Shown here piece by piece: positions 38,801 to 46,223 of a stretch of 64,000 nt of DNA (positions are counted from its first letter, which is position 1; each line of letters starts with the position of its first letter). Source of the DNA: a virus. Under the pieces are notes generated by a model. It was given only the letters and a program-made list of their open reading frames with translations, made no database searches and had not been told where the DNA came from. The stretch lies in IMG/VR virus record IMGVR_UViG_3300031787_000011. The stretch is one strand, 5' to 3'. Made by a program: the position numbers and the translations under genes.

Positions 38801-41426
38801 CTATTAATATTTTAGCAAAATTAGGAACATATCCACTCGCCCTTCCCTCGATGCCAGATAAAGCGGATCTTACTGTCTCTGGGCTATATTTTTCTTTATG
38901 TACGCTATTGGATTTAAAAATAGCAGCCTGCAAACCTGCTGCGCCAGTTTCTATTTGATGTGATTTAGCAAATTCATTAGCTAATGATATCAATTTTGCC
39001 GCTTCTGTTTTGCTAGGTTTTTTGCCTCCAAGGATAGCTTGGATTACATTTGTATCTATTGGAAAGGCTGTTTTATCTTGCAATATAGCTCTAGCGTAGT
39101 GTCTAGTTTTAGCCGTGTCGTCGCTTCCTAAATCAACCCCTCTTAAAGCCTTCGACAAACCATATCTTCTGGCATCATCTCTAGTTCTTATATTTCCTTC
39201 GGCAGATACTTCACCTTTTTTGCCGAATAAACCCAAAGACGCTACATTTTTGTGCCTGCTAACTATTTTTGATGGAGCTAAATCAAAATAATCTTCTACA
39301 TTAGTAGATCTTGTTTTCATGTACCTGTTGAATATTGGAGCCGCGAATTGAGCAGCTACATAATCAGGCACAGAAGGAGAAATAGCAGAAGTTATATTAG
39401 CGTAAATTTTAGCTTCTTGTGGGGAAAGTTTTTTGCCACTAAATTCTTCGCCATGTATATTATAAAATCCTGCGTAATCCTTTCCTTGTTCATAATGCTT
39501 TTGAAATCTAGCAAAGATTTCTTTTTTGCCGATTCTTTGGATGATGTCTTTACGTTTTGCAAAATTAGGAATATACCCAGAACTCATTCTGGGAATGTCT
39601 TGCATTTTCCTATATTTAGGAATTATCGCGGTGTCTCCTGTGCCAGCAAAGTTAGGAATAACATCCTCTTCGCTATTGACCATTACTGGCTGAGTCTTGC
39701 CTTTAATTGTCGCTTGTATTAATTTAGCTTTTGGATTTTTAGCTCCATAAGCCTTGGCCATAGCGACCTCTTCTTGAGCTCCGCCAAATGTCGGGACATA
39801 TCCAGAAGCTCTTACTCTGCTTGGGCCGCCTCTAGCGACAACTGTAGGAATTATTCTAGCCCTTAAAGCTTCTTGCGTTTTTAGTTGTTTATTTTGCTCT
39901 CTTAAAGTTTGTAATACTGCTTGCTCCGCTGCAGCCAATGAAATGGTTCCCTTTTGTACAAGAGCAACTAATTTAGGACTTTGTGATAAAACATCATTAA
40001 CAGCTTTTTGCGAAGCTAATGATTTTTCTCCAGCGAATACTTCATCAAAATTTTTACTTACATCTTTTATAGAACTAACTCCGAATTTAACCATCTTAGC
40101 TAACAAAGTGCCTCCGATTCCCACTAGAAGAGGGATGCTACCAGTCGCTATAGTTTTTCCAAGGGCAGAGGCGGCCCCTTTAAAAAAAGACTCTCCTACA
40201 GATTTGCCGCTTTCCTCAGATTTTCCTAAAAGATCACTTGTAGGATTTACTGCTTTTAATAATATTTCAGAAAATGAACTACCGATCCTAACTAGTGGCT
40301 CTAACAATGGCTTACCTAATGCGGCAGCAGCTTCCTGAGCTTGGTTTTTTGTTTGTTGTAATAAAGCTGATAAGCTCTTATTTAATTCTTCGTTCTTTTT
40401 CTTAGCTTCATCTGTTGCTGCGCTAGAAATTTTTAAAGCACTAGCATAAACGCTATTTGAGCTAGAAAGATCTTTAATTAAAGCGTTAACTTGGTTGATT
40501 TGGTAAATACCACCAATTAATTCTGCTGTTCTTGATTTTTCTATCTGACTTAAATTTTTTGTAGCATCAGCGTAATTCTTAAGCACGGACAAACCATCCA
40601 ATAAGAATCCATTTTGATCTTTAATAGCAACACCCAACTGCTCCAACTGACTAAGAACCTCTGGTCTTTGTAGGCGAGTAAATATTGTCTTTAAAGCGTT
40701 ACCAATTACAGCGCCACCACGACCAGTTATTTGTTGAGCGGCTGTAACTGTAGCTATTAGCTTGTCTATGCTGATTCCGCTTTCTTCCGCAGAGCTACCT
40801 ACACGGCTAAGAGCCTCGTTCAATTGAGCAGAGCTAACAGCAAATCTTGTATCAACAGCAATTAACTTATTGACAATGTCTGTTGAGCTTAATGCTTCCT
40901 TATTGAAGCTGTTTATCGCAGTAGTGACACCATTTACAGCATCTGCATAACTAATTCCAGATATTCTTGCTAGTGTTAAAGCATCTTCTGTTCTTCTTAA
41001 TACTTCATTAGCAGACAAACCTTGTCTTGCGAATTCTTTAGCAGCTTCAGAAGCGGCTTCGAAAGGAACAGCGGCATTTCTTGCTACTTTGAATAACGAC
41101 TGAGAAAACCCTTCTAGTTGATCTCTAGATTGGCCTAAAAATGTATTTAATTCTACAAGTTGCTTATCGATTTCTATTGTAGCTCTTGCACCAGCTCTAA
41201 TAGCTTCTGAAACTTTGTAGATAGCGCCAGCAGTTAAACCGAAGGCTGTAACGCGGGCTGTAGCAGCTTCCAGAGATTTCCTGAATTCCGTGACATCTCC
41301 GCTTATTCTTCCCAGTGGTTGACCAAATTTAACAGAAGACGCTCTTCTACTAATACTATCAAAAGCTAAGTCTACCTGCTTTGTATTCGGTACAAGATTT
41401 AAATTTACGTTTACATTAGCTGGCAT
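32859..41426 (-). CDS. Tape measure protein (TP901/PhageMin_Tail N-terminal domain) with embedded HhH-GPD-like and ATP-grasp-like domains
   Basis: N-terminal EAAKEFARQGLS...ALTLARISG...AINSF...AVSSAQLNEAL...TGRGGAVIGNALKTIFTRL is a typical TMP core. Ala/Lys-rich helical composition, hydrophobic segments, and position after the tube and chaperones. Confidence 0.93.
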   Translation of the reverse strand: MPANVNVNLNLVPNTKQVDLAFDSISRRASSVKFGQPLGRISGDVTEFRKSLEAATARVTAFGLTAGAIYKVSEAIRAGARATIEIDKQLVELNTFLGQSRDQLEGFSQSLFKVARNAAVPFEAASEAAKEFARQGLSANEVLRRTEDALTLARISGISYADAVNGVTTAINSFNKEALSSTDIVNKLIAVDTRFAVSSAQLNEALSRVGSSAEESGISIDKLIATVTAAQQITGRGGAVIGNALKTIFTRLQRPEVLSQLEQLGVAIKDQNGFLLDGLSVLKNYADATKNLSQIEKSRTAELIGGIYQINQVNALIKDLSSSNSVYASALKISSAATDEAKKKNEELNKSLSALLQQTKNQAQEAAAALGKPLLEPLVRIGSSFSEILLKAVNPTSDLLGKSEESGKSVGESFFKGAASALGKTIATGSIPLLVGIGGTLLAKMVKFGVSSIKDVSKNFDEVFAGEKSLASQKAVNDVLSQSPKLVALVQKGTISLAAAEQAVLQTLREQNKQLKTQEALRARIIPTVVARGGPSRVRASGYVPTFGGAQEEVAMAKAYGAKNPKAKLIQATIKGKTQPVMVNSEEDVIPNFAGTGDTAIIPKYRKMQDIPRMSSGYIPNFAKRKDIIQRIGKKEIFARFQKHYEQGKDYAGFYNIHGEEFSGKKLSPQEAKIYANITSAISPSVPDYVAAQFAAPIFNRYMKTRSTNVEDYFDLAPSKIVSRHKNVASLGLFGKKGEVSAEGNIRTRDDARRYGLSKALRGVDLGSDDTAKTRHYARAILQDKTAFPIDTNVIQAILGGKKPSKTEAAKLISLANEFAKSHQIETGAAGLQAAIFKSNSVHKEKYSPETVRSALSGIEGRASGYVPNFAKILIAAKYYDALKVGRAKGVNISKTGDVQIIGREVFGGIGFSASRIGKGYASAVRSTSPTTALKNASRKAGVTKSIIIPVVAPSAVNDLVPENLKTNEALLQQFLANHPKPKEIIASLSERGFNVKSILNSHSGSEIKSIIDILSSDLFNKKILVKSANELKDPRLVKFFAPGGVKARGPKGAYAFGSSIASMQQGEYASKVPGKHKSYPILVTGKVGPSISKPINAEEIFPGITDNKSSVFFSSAQLFGTRVLDTDNPEHLKLLDRLGYSKKILRQEKLIAGGYIPNFAGLSDAIGREKTMSGLPASQIMAHFDEGGNPIAVTNKRDEPNGLKDVVPNFAKIPTALLSRFFGKSGGKLANPISGALELFEKQAYASIIDELAEREVIPSAVSKFISQALPASAGIKNIGTAILSKKASTGSRVAAGLTGLAQIYGGVKLGELSGGDLDQRIQSKKFEDALDRSKKAFTDLAENTTELSASLSKLDAAYKDPKADPREIVKLVKTREDLIKKISIKNPELISRLAGQTSISDQITVLEENLKKAQTEEAIRTSALSFGRKGKITGEQAPAELSSFFNEIINRANADIFKTDLSQATTANFGEILKKAGLDVKEFSDQLNSDQLKKAFIEALKVAQGIEKISANQAKEIARISKPLASRRQAVEDARDIRTEIKKALEQQLPELAELAGTFSRRAGISASSEATLAIKKADSAVSFQNSLLTQLNDKEFLANLSPAVEARLRNIEAPGAGAGRELESLQKLPGLSEAQSKGIQKLIDFNSQQSRDINKATIIAEESKKIQLKFLALQEKIAFGGDIRASLNPQMRAEAMASSIRGPLTYQLGSMIGSRRGQIAGATDFLTDTLQKYPGLLTTKGGKEPADIQAVKGELTRLNAFDMQKDLMRRAGMAQMMGLGQTAGLLRGKAFDQRYLLESAGLKTNALFGSPEIPKDIQKAMGDLEKFNVESVRQAKTEDAALRVLENTISPLKEKLIEVSESQSKALITAFENGLKTAFGATGIKTALVNVTTDEVKLSEGNYESKVKAAASAYAGMGGLMPTGIPSNANGLTKYSSSIADAVNREKTALASRGIMGVPNFAMANINLERSPDLINASNPYGFGVTNSIDEKNGLRSLGMRSSGYVPNYALYGEKVASVGSSAAKAGNLFVYDHGTEGFYKITPSGKVGSQLIDKESLPKGAKTISTQPYSTKTLSSQLRGSNILKIADPGISKLDELKISTIPKSQRLDPILRKLSRANKLTPENLLAEINKISGGNQTLVKTAFGSSFAQGQGVFGRSGGIGLGDTAEIIKRFQSGEARGFFTQAAVEGPHYGEMRVHVAVDANGKVKLLKGGSVLKIGAGTADITSKEGLSALSKSGLGKEAAKVAQEYKKAAQATAVKSIRELVAKKGIKNAFFGVDVGATTLESAKKAGVNTKEFYSGGRGRVGTVVFELNPSESLGSSGYMRGSTTQKLVDQVLGNQIRTMPKGFAPKGISTSKRAADISSALLFKESGASAVAKPAARARDALGRFTSNSGFSKNALKFLGKYGGKALGALGVGAAGFEIAQGVNQIVNQDEKLIGAGNISSGIGSLSLLGAGIAGAGLATTLALPLAVGALGYGAIKGVEATGLLDAMYGAGYKTMGLSAVSSKRVRGLTSREAVEENRIIPRKMELLREINRYNEAAGNPLVSETFQLSRSRQAQINKNIQDTQEQESIIEKQKQAAKAAMDARASAQAAAEIGRIDKEMSAENAAQGSKLRKSFLESFDKNAESAGYLTTQDKINYLLSQEGKNGLGSFKSTDFKDAEFARSFNIYKTAREAQAAREANQVIPASTIEFRNRPIPSFPQDVSEEAARRRVTAEQVMQERASGIVPNFAAMSNSMMASGDVYSRMRMSAPRMSFPSAAQGSVPNFAIGEFSDAITEAMRNGITSAFPNGASSSNVSNSNVINIDGRTSIQNAPDEAMQGIISILFDKIPELKKLGPAALNFKR
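33091..39812 (-). repeat. Ten dispersed copies of peptide motif (R)[AS][SG]G[YI][IV]PNFA or its core within the TMP
   Basis: Approximate positions: 39780-39812 RASGYVPTFG, 39642-39662 VIPNFAG, 39556-39585 SSGYIPNFAK, 38812-38841 ASGYVPNFAK, 37941-37970 AGGYIPNFAG, 37788-37808 VVPNFAK, 35529-35549 GVPNFAM, 35388-35414 SSGYVPNYA, 33201-33233 RASGIVPNFAA, 33091-33120 AQGSVPNFAI. Confidence 0.95.
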
Positions 41427-41446
41427 AACCTGTTTCCTTCAGTACA

Positions 41447-41452
41447 TTACAC
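41447..41452 (-). promoter_or_regulatory. GTGTAA putative late-promoter motif upstream of the TMP
   Basis: GTGTAAtgtactgAAGGAaacaggttATG. Confidence 0.5.
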
Positions 41453-42447
41453 TATAATCCATGCATTTCGATAAAATCTTGTTTTGTGAGCTTGCCGCCT
41501 TTTTTCGCGGCTAATTCATTTAGTGTCACTGCTTTACCGCCCACCATTTTTTCTAGCTCTTCTCTTGTAGCGCCAGTATAGCCCACGCCGCTTGATTGAC
41601 TTCCCGCGTTTGGCATAGAAACAGAATTTTCTACAGACTCATACCATTCTATCATCTTATCTGGATCAGAAACTACATCAGAAGGAGGGTTTGTTTGGGC
41701 TTGGTTTTCCATCAAAGACTTAAAATACTTTGCTTGAGAGAATAGATTTACTTGCAATATTGTTAAATCTCTTACATATTTACCAAAAAAATTCAAAGGA
41801 CTATTATCACACAAATTAAAAAGACTCATAAAAAACGAACAAGCGCAAATTCTCTTTATTTTATCGTGAGCGAATTTTTGGTAAAAACGCGTTAAAATAA
41901 GAACAAGATTATCTAACTCTCTATCCGATAATAAATCAAATTCTTCCTCTGAAAAAAAACGATTCTTAAATTCTTTATCGCTGTAGAAAGAAAGATATAT
42001 CACTAATTCATTTATTTTTTTGTCGGTATAGCTTTCGGCGCAGAAACCAAGCATGCTCAATTTTTCATTTTCTAATTCAGACAGTTGCTTTGTATAATTT
42101 TTTATTTTATTCTTTGCGTCGTTGATTTGTTTTTTTATGATAAGATTTCTCAGCAACATTTCTGTATCTGAAATTTGGCGCTCTAAGTTCTCTATTTCTT
42201 TTTCTTTTTCATTAGACCATAGTTGATTTCTTATTAAAAAAGTAAGTTTCTCTTCTTTGGATTCAAGACCTTTGTCTATAGCTTCTTGGCTGAATTTTCT
42301 TCTATGCTTATCTAGCTCGCCGTTCTCTAATTCAGTGAAATGCTTAATAAAAATAGGCTTTCCTAAGTATTCATCCTCAGAAAAGCCTACAGCTATCTCT
42401 TTGTACAAGCCTTTGTAAAAGCTTATTTTTTCATAAAGATCGCTCAC
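41452..42447 (-). CDS. Probable tail assembly chaperone (331 aa, GTG start)
   Basis: Immediately upstream of the TMP; charged and helical, with a coiled-coil segment. Confidence 0.6.
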   Translation of the reverse strand: MSDLYEKISFYKGLYKEIAVGFSEDEYLGKPIFIKHFTELENGELDKHRRKFSQEAIDKGLESKEEKLTFLIRNQLWSNEKEKEIENLERQISDTEMLLRNLIIKKQINDAKNKIKNYTKQLSELENEKLSMLGFCAESYTDKKINELVIYLSFYSDKEFKNRFFSEEEFDLLSDRELDNLVLILTRFYQKFAHDKIKRICACSFFMSLFNLCDNSPLNFFGKYVRDLTILQVNLFSQAKYFKSLMENQAQTNPPSDVVSDPDKMIEWYESVENSVSMPNAGSQSSGVGYTGATREELEKMVGGKAVTLNELAAKKGGKLTKQDFIEMHGL

Positions 42448-42453
42448 ACTATA

Positions 42454-43167
42454 TTAACCGACCAGTTCTTCTTTCGGCACTCCAGAGTTGAGCTGCCCGA
42501 TAAGGAAACCACCCTTTTCAACAACCCCGCTCAAGAATTCATCTCCAGATTCTTCTATCTGGTTTAGTCTTTCAAGTTTTTGCTCGAACGAACCTTCACC
42601 AAATAAACAAGTCTGAGACCCTTCCTCGCCCTGATAAAGAAGATTCAATACAAACCAAACATTCAAGAAATCAGAAGCTCTCTTCTCTGCTGTATTATCA
42701 AACAAAGAATTTTGCACGTTTTCATAATCGAAAATCTTTTGGCGTAGCACTTGATACTCTGAATTTAAAGCGGCATTCTTTAATTCCTTTTCTGCGTCAC
42801 TTAAACTCGAATCTTGACGAACCTTTTCTAGTTCAATTTCGATTGCTATTGCCTTGGAATAATTTTCTGCGTGCGCCTTCTTTTCTTCTTCTGATGGCAA
42901 CACGCCGTCTTGCTGGAACTTGCGCAAAAGATAATTTCTAGTAACAAGACCCATCTTTATGCCTTCGGAAACCTTAACTGAATAAAATACGCTCGCCTCG
43001 TCTTGGATCTTTCTATTTGGCCTCAGAATATAAAACTTGTGCGGGACTTTCTTTTCCACCTCTTTGGTGATCTGTATTTCTTCGCCAGCAGCGTTTACTT
43101 CTGTTGTGGTTTCTTTTACCTTTTGAGTCTTTTCGACTTCAAAACTATGTAGCCATTTTTCTTTCAT
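42454..43167 (-). CDS. Probable tail assembly chaperone (237 aa)
   Basis: Between the tube and TMP; acidic and helical (ILRPNRK...NTAEKRA). Confidence 0.6.
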   Translation of the reverse strand: MKEKWLHSFEVEKTQKVKETTTEVNAAGEEIQITKEVEKKVPHKFYILRPNRKIQDEASVFYSVKVSEGIKMGLVTRNYLLRKFQQDGVLPSEEEKKAHAENYSKAIAIEIELEKVRQDSSLSDAEKELKNAALNSEYQVLRQKIFDYENVQNSLFDNTAEKRASDFLNVWFVLNLLYQGEEGSQTCLFGEGSFEQKLERLNQIEESGDEFLSGVVEKGGFLIGQLNSGVPKEELVG

Positions 43168-43170
43168 ATT

Positions 43171-43452
43171 TTATTTTAGTGAAATATTTATAGACTTAAA
43201 GCTAGTATCAATATTTCTAATTGCATCATTGCCAGCGTCTAAGATCTTTTTTCTTATGTAATTATATTTATCGTTATCGAAATAATCAACATTTTTAGCA
43301 AAATCCTCGGAAGAGTTTTCGGCTATTTTTTTTAATAGTATTTCATGATCTTGCTTCAAATCATCGATAATCTCAAAATACTTCTTATAAAGAGAAATAA
43401 TATTTCTGCTATATTGGAATTTCAAATACTCTTTTAGTTTTTCGTCGTCCAT
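43171..43452 (-). CDS. Hypothetical protein (93 aa, MDDEKLKEYLK...)
   Basis: ATG 43452 is preceded by AAAGGA. The track's longer start (43623) runs through the terminator hairpin and is an artefact. Confidence 0.75.
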   Translation of the reverse strand: MDDEKLKEYLKFQYSRNIISLYKKYFEIIDDLKQDHEILLKKIAENSSEDFAKNVDYFDNDKYNYIRKKILDAGNDAIRNIDTSFKSINISLK

Positions 43453-43495
43453 AGTCCTTTGCTGTATTATATAGAAATAATAGAAAATATAAAAT

Positions 43496-43524
43496 AAAAA
43501 ACCCCCGCCGGTTAGGGCGGGGGC
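43496..43524 (-). terminator. Rho-independent terminator after the tail tube gene
   Basis: Minus strand CCCCCGCC-ctaacc-GGCGGGGG-TTTTTT: a perfect 8-bp GC stem plus U-tract, about 20 nt after the stop. Confidence 0.9.
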
Positions 43525-43543
43525 TAGATCGAAAGTTTTTTTA

Positions 43544-44668
43544 TTAACCTTGCTTGAAGTGTAGCCCAGAATTCTTACCGATTTGAGCGGAGAATTCCAT
43601 GGTAACAGTTTGGTTAGGTCCAATTGAAGAAGTGAAGTTTTGAGAATCCAATTTGGCGCCTTTTAGCATTACATAGGCTGTGTGAGCAGTGGCTCCTTGA
43701 TAACCAACTAGCTTTAGCTCGCAGTAATACTTGGTATCGTCACCATTTGTGGTCATTAGAGTATATAGTTTATTGGAAGCAGTAGTTCCAACAATAGCAT
43801 TTACGCTAAGAGTACAATTAATTGGGAAAGTGATTTCTCTAGCGAAAGCGAAAGCCTTGCCAAGTTTTCTGATTGGCTCACGGCCGATTGTCATGGCTAT
43901 ACTAGCGCTTTGGATCTTAAGGTCAGATTCGCTTAGACCAAACATCGGGGCATTGTCTGTGTCGCTAGTCCCTAGTTTTAAAGTAATATCGCCTGGTCTA
44001 ACAGCAGATACTTCAGAGGCTGAGTCGAATAATCCAGCGCCGTCAGGGAGAGTAACTGTGCTTGATGTAGAAATATCAGCTCCATCAACTACAGCAGGAT
44101 TTCCTATGTTGTAAGAACCGCCTCCTCCAGTAAATACTATGTTTTGGCCTTCTAGGGCGCAAGAAACTGTTGGAATTGCTCCTACTGAAGCTTCCAAAGA
44201 CCAAGAAGTGACGAAAGCATTACCAATACCAATAATTCCTTCGACTGTGCTTGTTGACATTTTATTTGAGTCATTGGCGTCGATACCGGCATCGCTGACA
44301 AGAACATAAACATTCTTTTGATCATAACCAGTGCCGCTAGAAATAATATAATCTAGCATGTGGTCAGCATTCGAAGAAACTCCAGTAACAGCGTCTGTTC
44401 TAAACCCTAAATGGCTTTCATTGAACCCTGTTGGCTCAAAGTAGTATGACATATCTACTGCTACGGTAGGTTCTTGCAAAATCAATCTATCAATAGCGGC
44501 CAATTCACCATATTGATTAATGTCTTGGCGGGTAATCGAAAAGTTATAATTACAACTTTGGACTCTGCGTAAGCTATGATCAGCAGCAGTGACTGTTGTT
44601 GTACCTGTTGGCGCGGCAAACAAAGCTTGGCTTTGGTAAATAACACGATTTCTTGTGGTGTTTGACAT
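43544..44668 (-). CDS. Major tail tube protein
   Basis: RNRVIYQSQALF...LRRVQSCNYNFSITRQDINQYGELA...PTVAVDMSY and IQSASIAMTIGREPIRKLG...FPINCTLSV form two tube-like repeats. Strong RBS (TAAGGA), own terminator, upstream of chaperones and TMP. Confidence 0.8.
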   Translation of the reverse strand: MSNTTRNRVIYQSQALFAAPTGTTTVTAADHSLRRVQSCNYNFSITRQDINQYGELAAIDRLILQEPTVAVDMSYYFEPTGFNESHLGFRTDAVTGVSSNADHMLDYIISSGTGYDQKNVYVLVSDAGIDANDSNKMSTSTVEGIIGIGNAFVTSWSLEASVGAIPTVSCALEGQNIVFTGGGGSYNIGNPAVVDGADISTSSTVTLPDGAGLFDSASEVSAVRPGDITLKLGTSDTDNAPMFGLSESDLKIQSASIAMTIGREPIRKLGKAFAFAREITFPINCTLSVNAIVGTTASNKLYTLMTTNGDDTKYYCELKLVGYQGATAHTAYVMLKGAKLDSQNFTSSIGPNQTVTMEFSAQIGKNSGLHFKQG

Positions 44669-44694
44669 ATGGTTTCCTTATATTCTATTGTCAT

Positions 44695-44700
44695 TTACAC
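44695..44700 (-). promoter_or_regulatory. GTGTAA putative late-promoter motif upstream of the tail tube
   Basis: GTGTAAatgacaatagaatatAAGGAaaccatATG. Confidence 0.5.
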
Positions 44701-44727
44701 AAAATAAATGAACTATAGAAAATTATT

Positions 44728-45573
44728 TTAGTAAGCATGAGGGGCTCTTACCACCTCCAAATCGAAGTCAACAAAAGCTGCTATGATGTCTGGATTTAAG
44801 CTCTTAAATTCTGCGGAACTTGATGTTTTTACTTGCGAAACTGAAACGCTAGACATATAAACATTATCTCCTGTAGCTATGCCAGTATAATTGTATGGCA
44901 CTCCAGTATAAGAACTCATTGCATTAAGATTTAAATCATTATTGCTTACTGTTCTAAAAAAGTCGTGAGCAGAATCTCTTAATACTCCGCAAGCGGCATC
45001 AAGGGAATACATTGAATTAGACATAACTAATCCCCTAAAATAACAAGTTGTCATATCTGTGCCGCCAAATCCAAAGGGTTCATTTTGCGAATTGACAAGC
45101 CTTAAAAATATAGCTGGATAAGTTATTTCATTTACAGCTAAACCCGTAAATGTTTGCGGCTTTCTATTTTTTGGCTCCATTTTTGTGGAAAATAATAGAT
45201 AGTCTTCTGATTTATCAGTTAAATAAACATTGAAATCTTTTATGGCATAATTACCACTTATTGTATTGGAGTTTTTATTTGAAGAGAATATTACTTGACC
45301 ATCGTAATGGTTTATAGCTACTAAACCACTTTGCCCGGGCGTGATAAAATTACCATCTAAGTATATTCCTGTTAATTGATTCGCTCCTGTTATAGAAGCA
45401 TCGCTGACTATTTGTTTGTATGGAGCAGCATATGTGTAATACCCATTATAAGCCCCAGAAATTGGATAAAATTTAGAACTAACATTTGTATAGCCCTCGC
45501 CTCTTTTTAATATAGTGTGGTCCACATATAGCAAAAAGCTACTTGTTAAAACGTTTTGGAAATTGGCTTTCAT
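44728..45573 (-). CDS. Putative tail completion/terminator protein
   Basis: Immediately upstream of the tube. TYPAIFLRL...PFGFGG and a terminal FVDFDLEVVR strand resemble tail terminators. Confidence 0.55.
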   Translation of the reverse strand: MKANFQNVLTSSFLLYVDHTILKRGEGYTNVSSKFYPISGAYNGYYTYAAPYKQIVSDASITGANQLTGIYLDGNFITPGQSGLVAINHYDGQVIFSSNKNSNTISGNYAIKDFNVYLTDKSEDYLLFSTKMEPKNRKPQTFTGLAVNEITYPAIFLRLVNSQNEPFGFGGTDMTTCYFRGLVMSNSMYSLDAACGVLRDSAHDFFRTVSNNDLNLNAMSSYTGVPYNYTGIATGDNVYMSSVSVSQVKTSSSAEFKSLNPDIIAAFVDFDLEVVRAPHAY

Positions 45574-46223
45574 TATATTATATTATTTGTAAAATTATTA
45601 GTGAAGTTACTAATAATTTTTGATATATATTTTGTTGTCTTGAAACCAGTCGGACGGTTAGACGGACCATCTGTTATTGGGCCTTTTAATTGCAAACCTC
45701 TTTCAGAACGACCTCTTGGGTAATCAGCGTAATAAGAAACTCCAGAAATTCCTCTTTCTATTCCTTTTACCCAGTTTCTGCCGCCATTCCAACCTTGGAA
45801 TTGAGCCGACTCATTAAAGTCTTCCAACTCTGGGATTTGAAATGAAACTTTTATTATTCTTGTTCTTTTCCCAGTAGCGAATTGACCTTTTTTATTTCTT
45901 GGATAATTTATAGTTAAGTCGGTGCCTTTGAATTTTATTTTTGATTTCAAAGCTGCTCTGACTGGAGAAATTGGATTAAAGCCAGCTTCAAACCCAATAA
46001 AACCAAATAAATCTCCATAACCACCTAAAGTATTGCTAATATTTCCCTGCCCCGGATCTAATAATTCTTGGGTTACAGGATGATCATCAAAATCTTCTAA
46101 AGCTTGATTTTTTATTTCATTAAATTGTTTTTTTATTGCTCTTTCTATTTCATCTTGCACTGAAACGTTAGAAAGGGCTTCTGAAACTATATCTCCTTGT
46201 ATTATTATATTTCCTATTTTCAT
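45573..46223 (-). CDS. Putative neck/tail-completion protein
   Basis: Synteny between the head-closure-like and terminator-like genes; FDDHPVTQEL, GDLFGFIGF, WVKGIERGISG. ATG 46223 overlaps the upstream TGA. Confidence 0.5.
   Translation of the reverse strand: MKIGNIIIQGDIVSEALSNVSVQDEIERAIKKQFNEIKNQALEDFDDHPVTQELLDPGQGNISNTLGGYGDLFGFIGFEAGFNPISPVRAALKSKIKFKGTDLTINYPRNKKGQFATGKRTRIIKVSFQIPELEDFNESAQFQGWNGGRNWVKGIERGISGVSYYADYPRGRSERGLQLKGPITDGPSNRPTGFKTTKYISKIISNFTNNFTNNII

Noticed and set aside
2685-41426. Inteins or introns explaining the very large ORFs and the TMP inserts
   Set aside because: No C/S...HN-[CST] splice-junction pattern or LAGLIDADG/HNH motifs noticed at block boundaries, and the reading frames are uninterrupted.
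41452-43452. Programmed -1 frameshift between tail chaperones (lambda G/GT style)
   Set aside because: The genes are separate, non-overlapping ORFs with their own starts, and I saw no convincing slippery site at the junctions. Not excluded without proteomics.
43453-43623. N-terminal extension of the 43171-43623 ORF (hydrophobic FLFYIFYYFYII)
   Set aside because: It is translation of the terminator hairpin and AT-rich spacer; the real start is ATG 43452 with an AAAGGA RBS.
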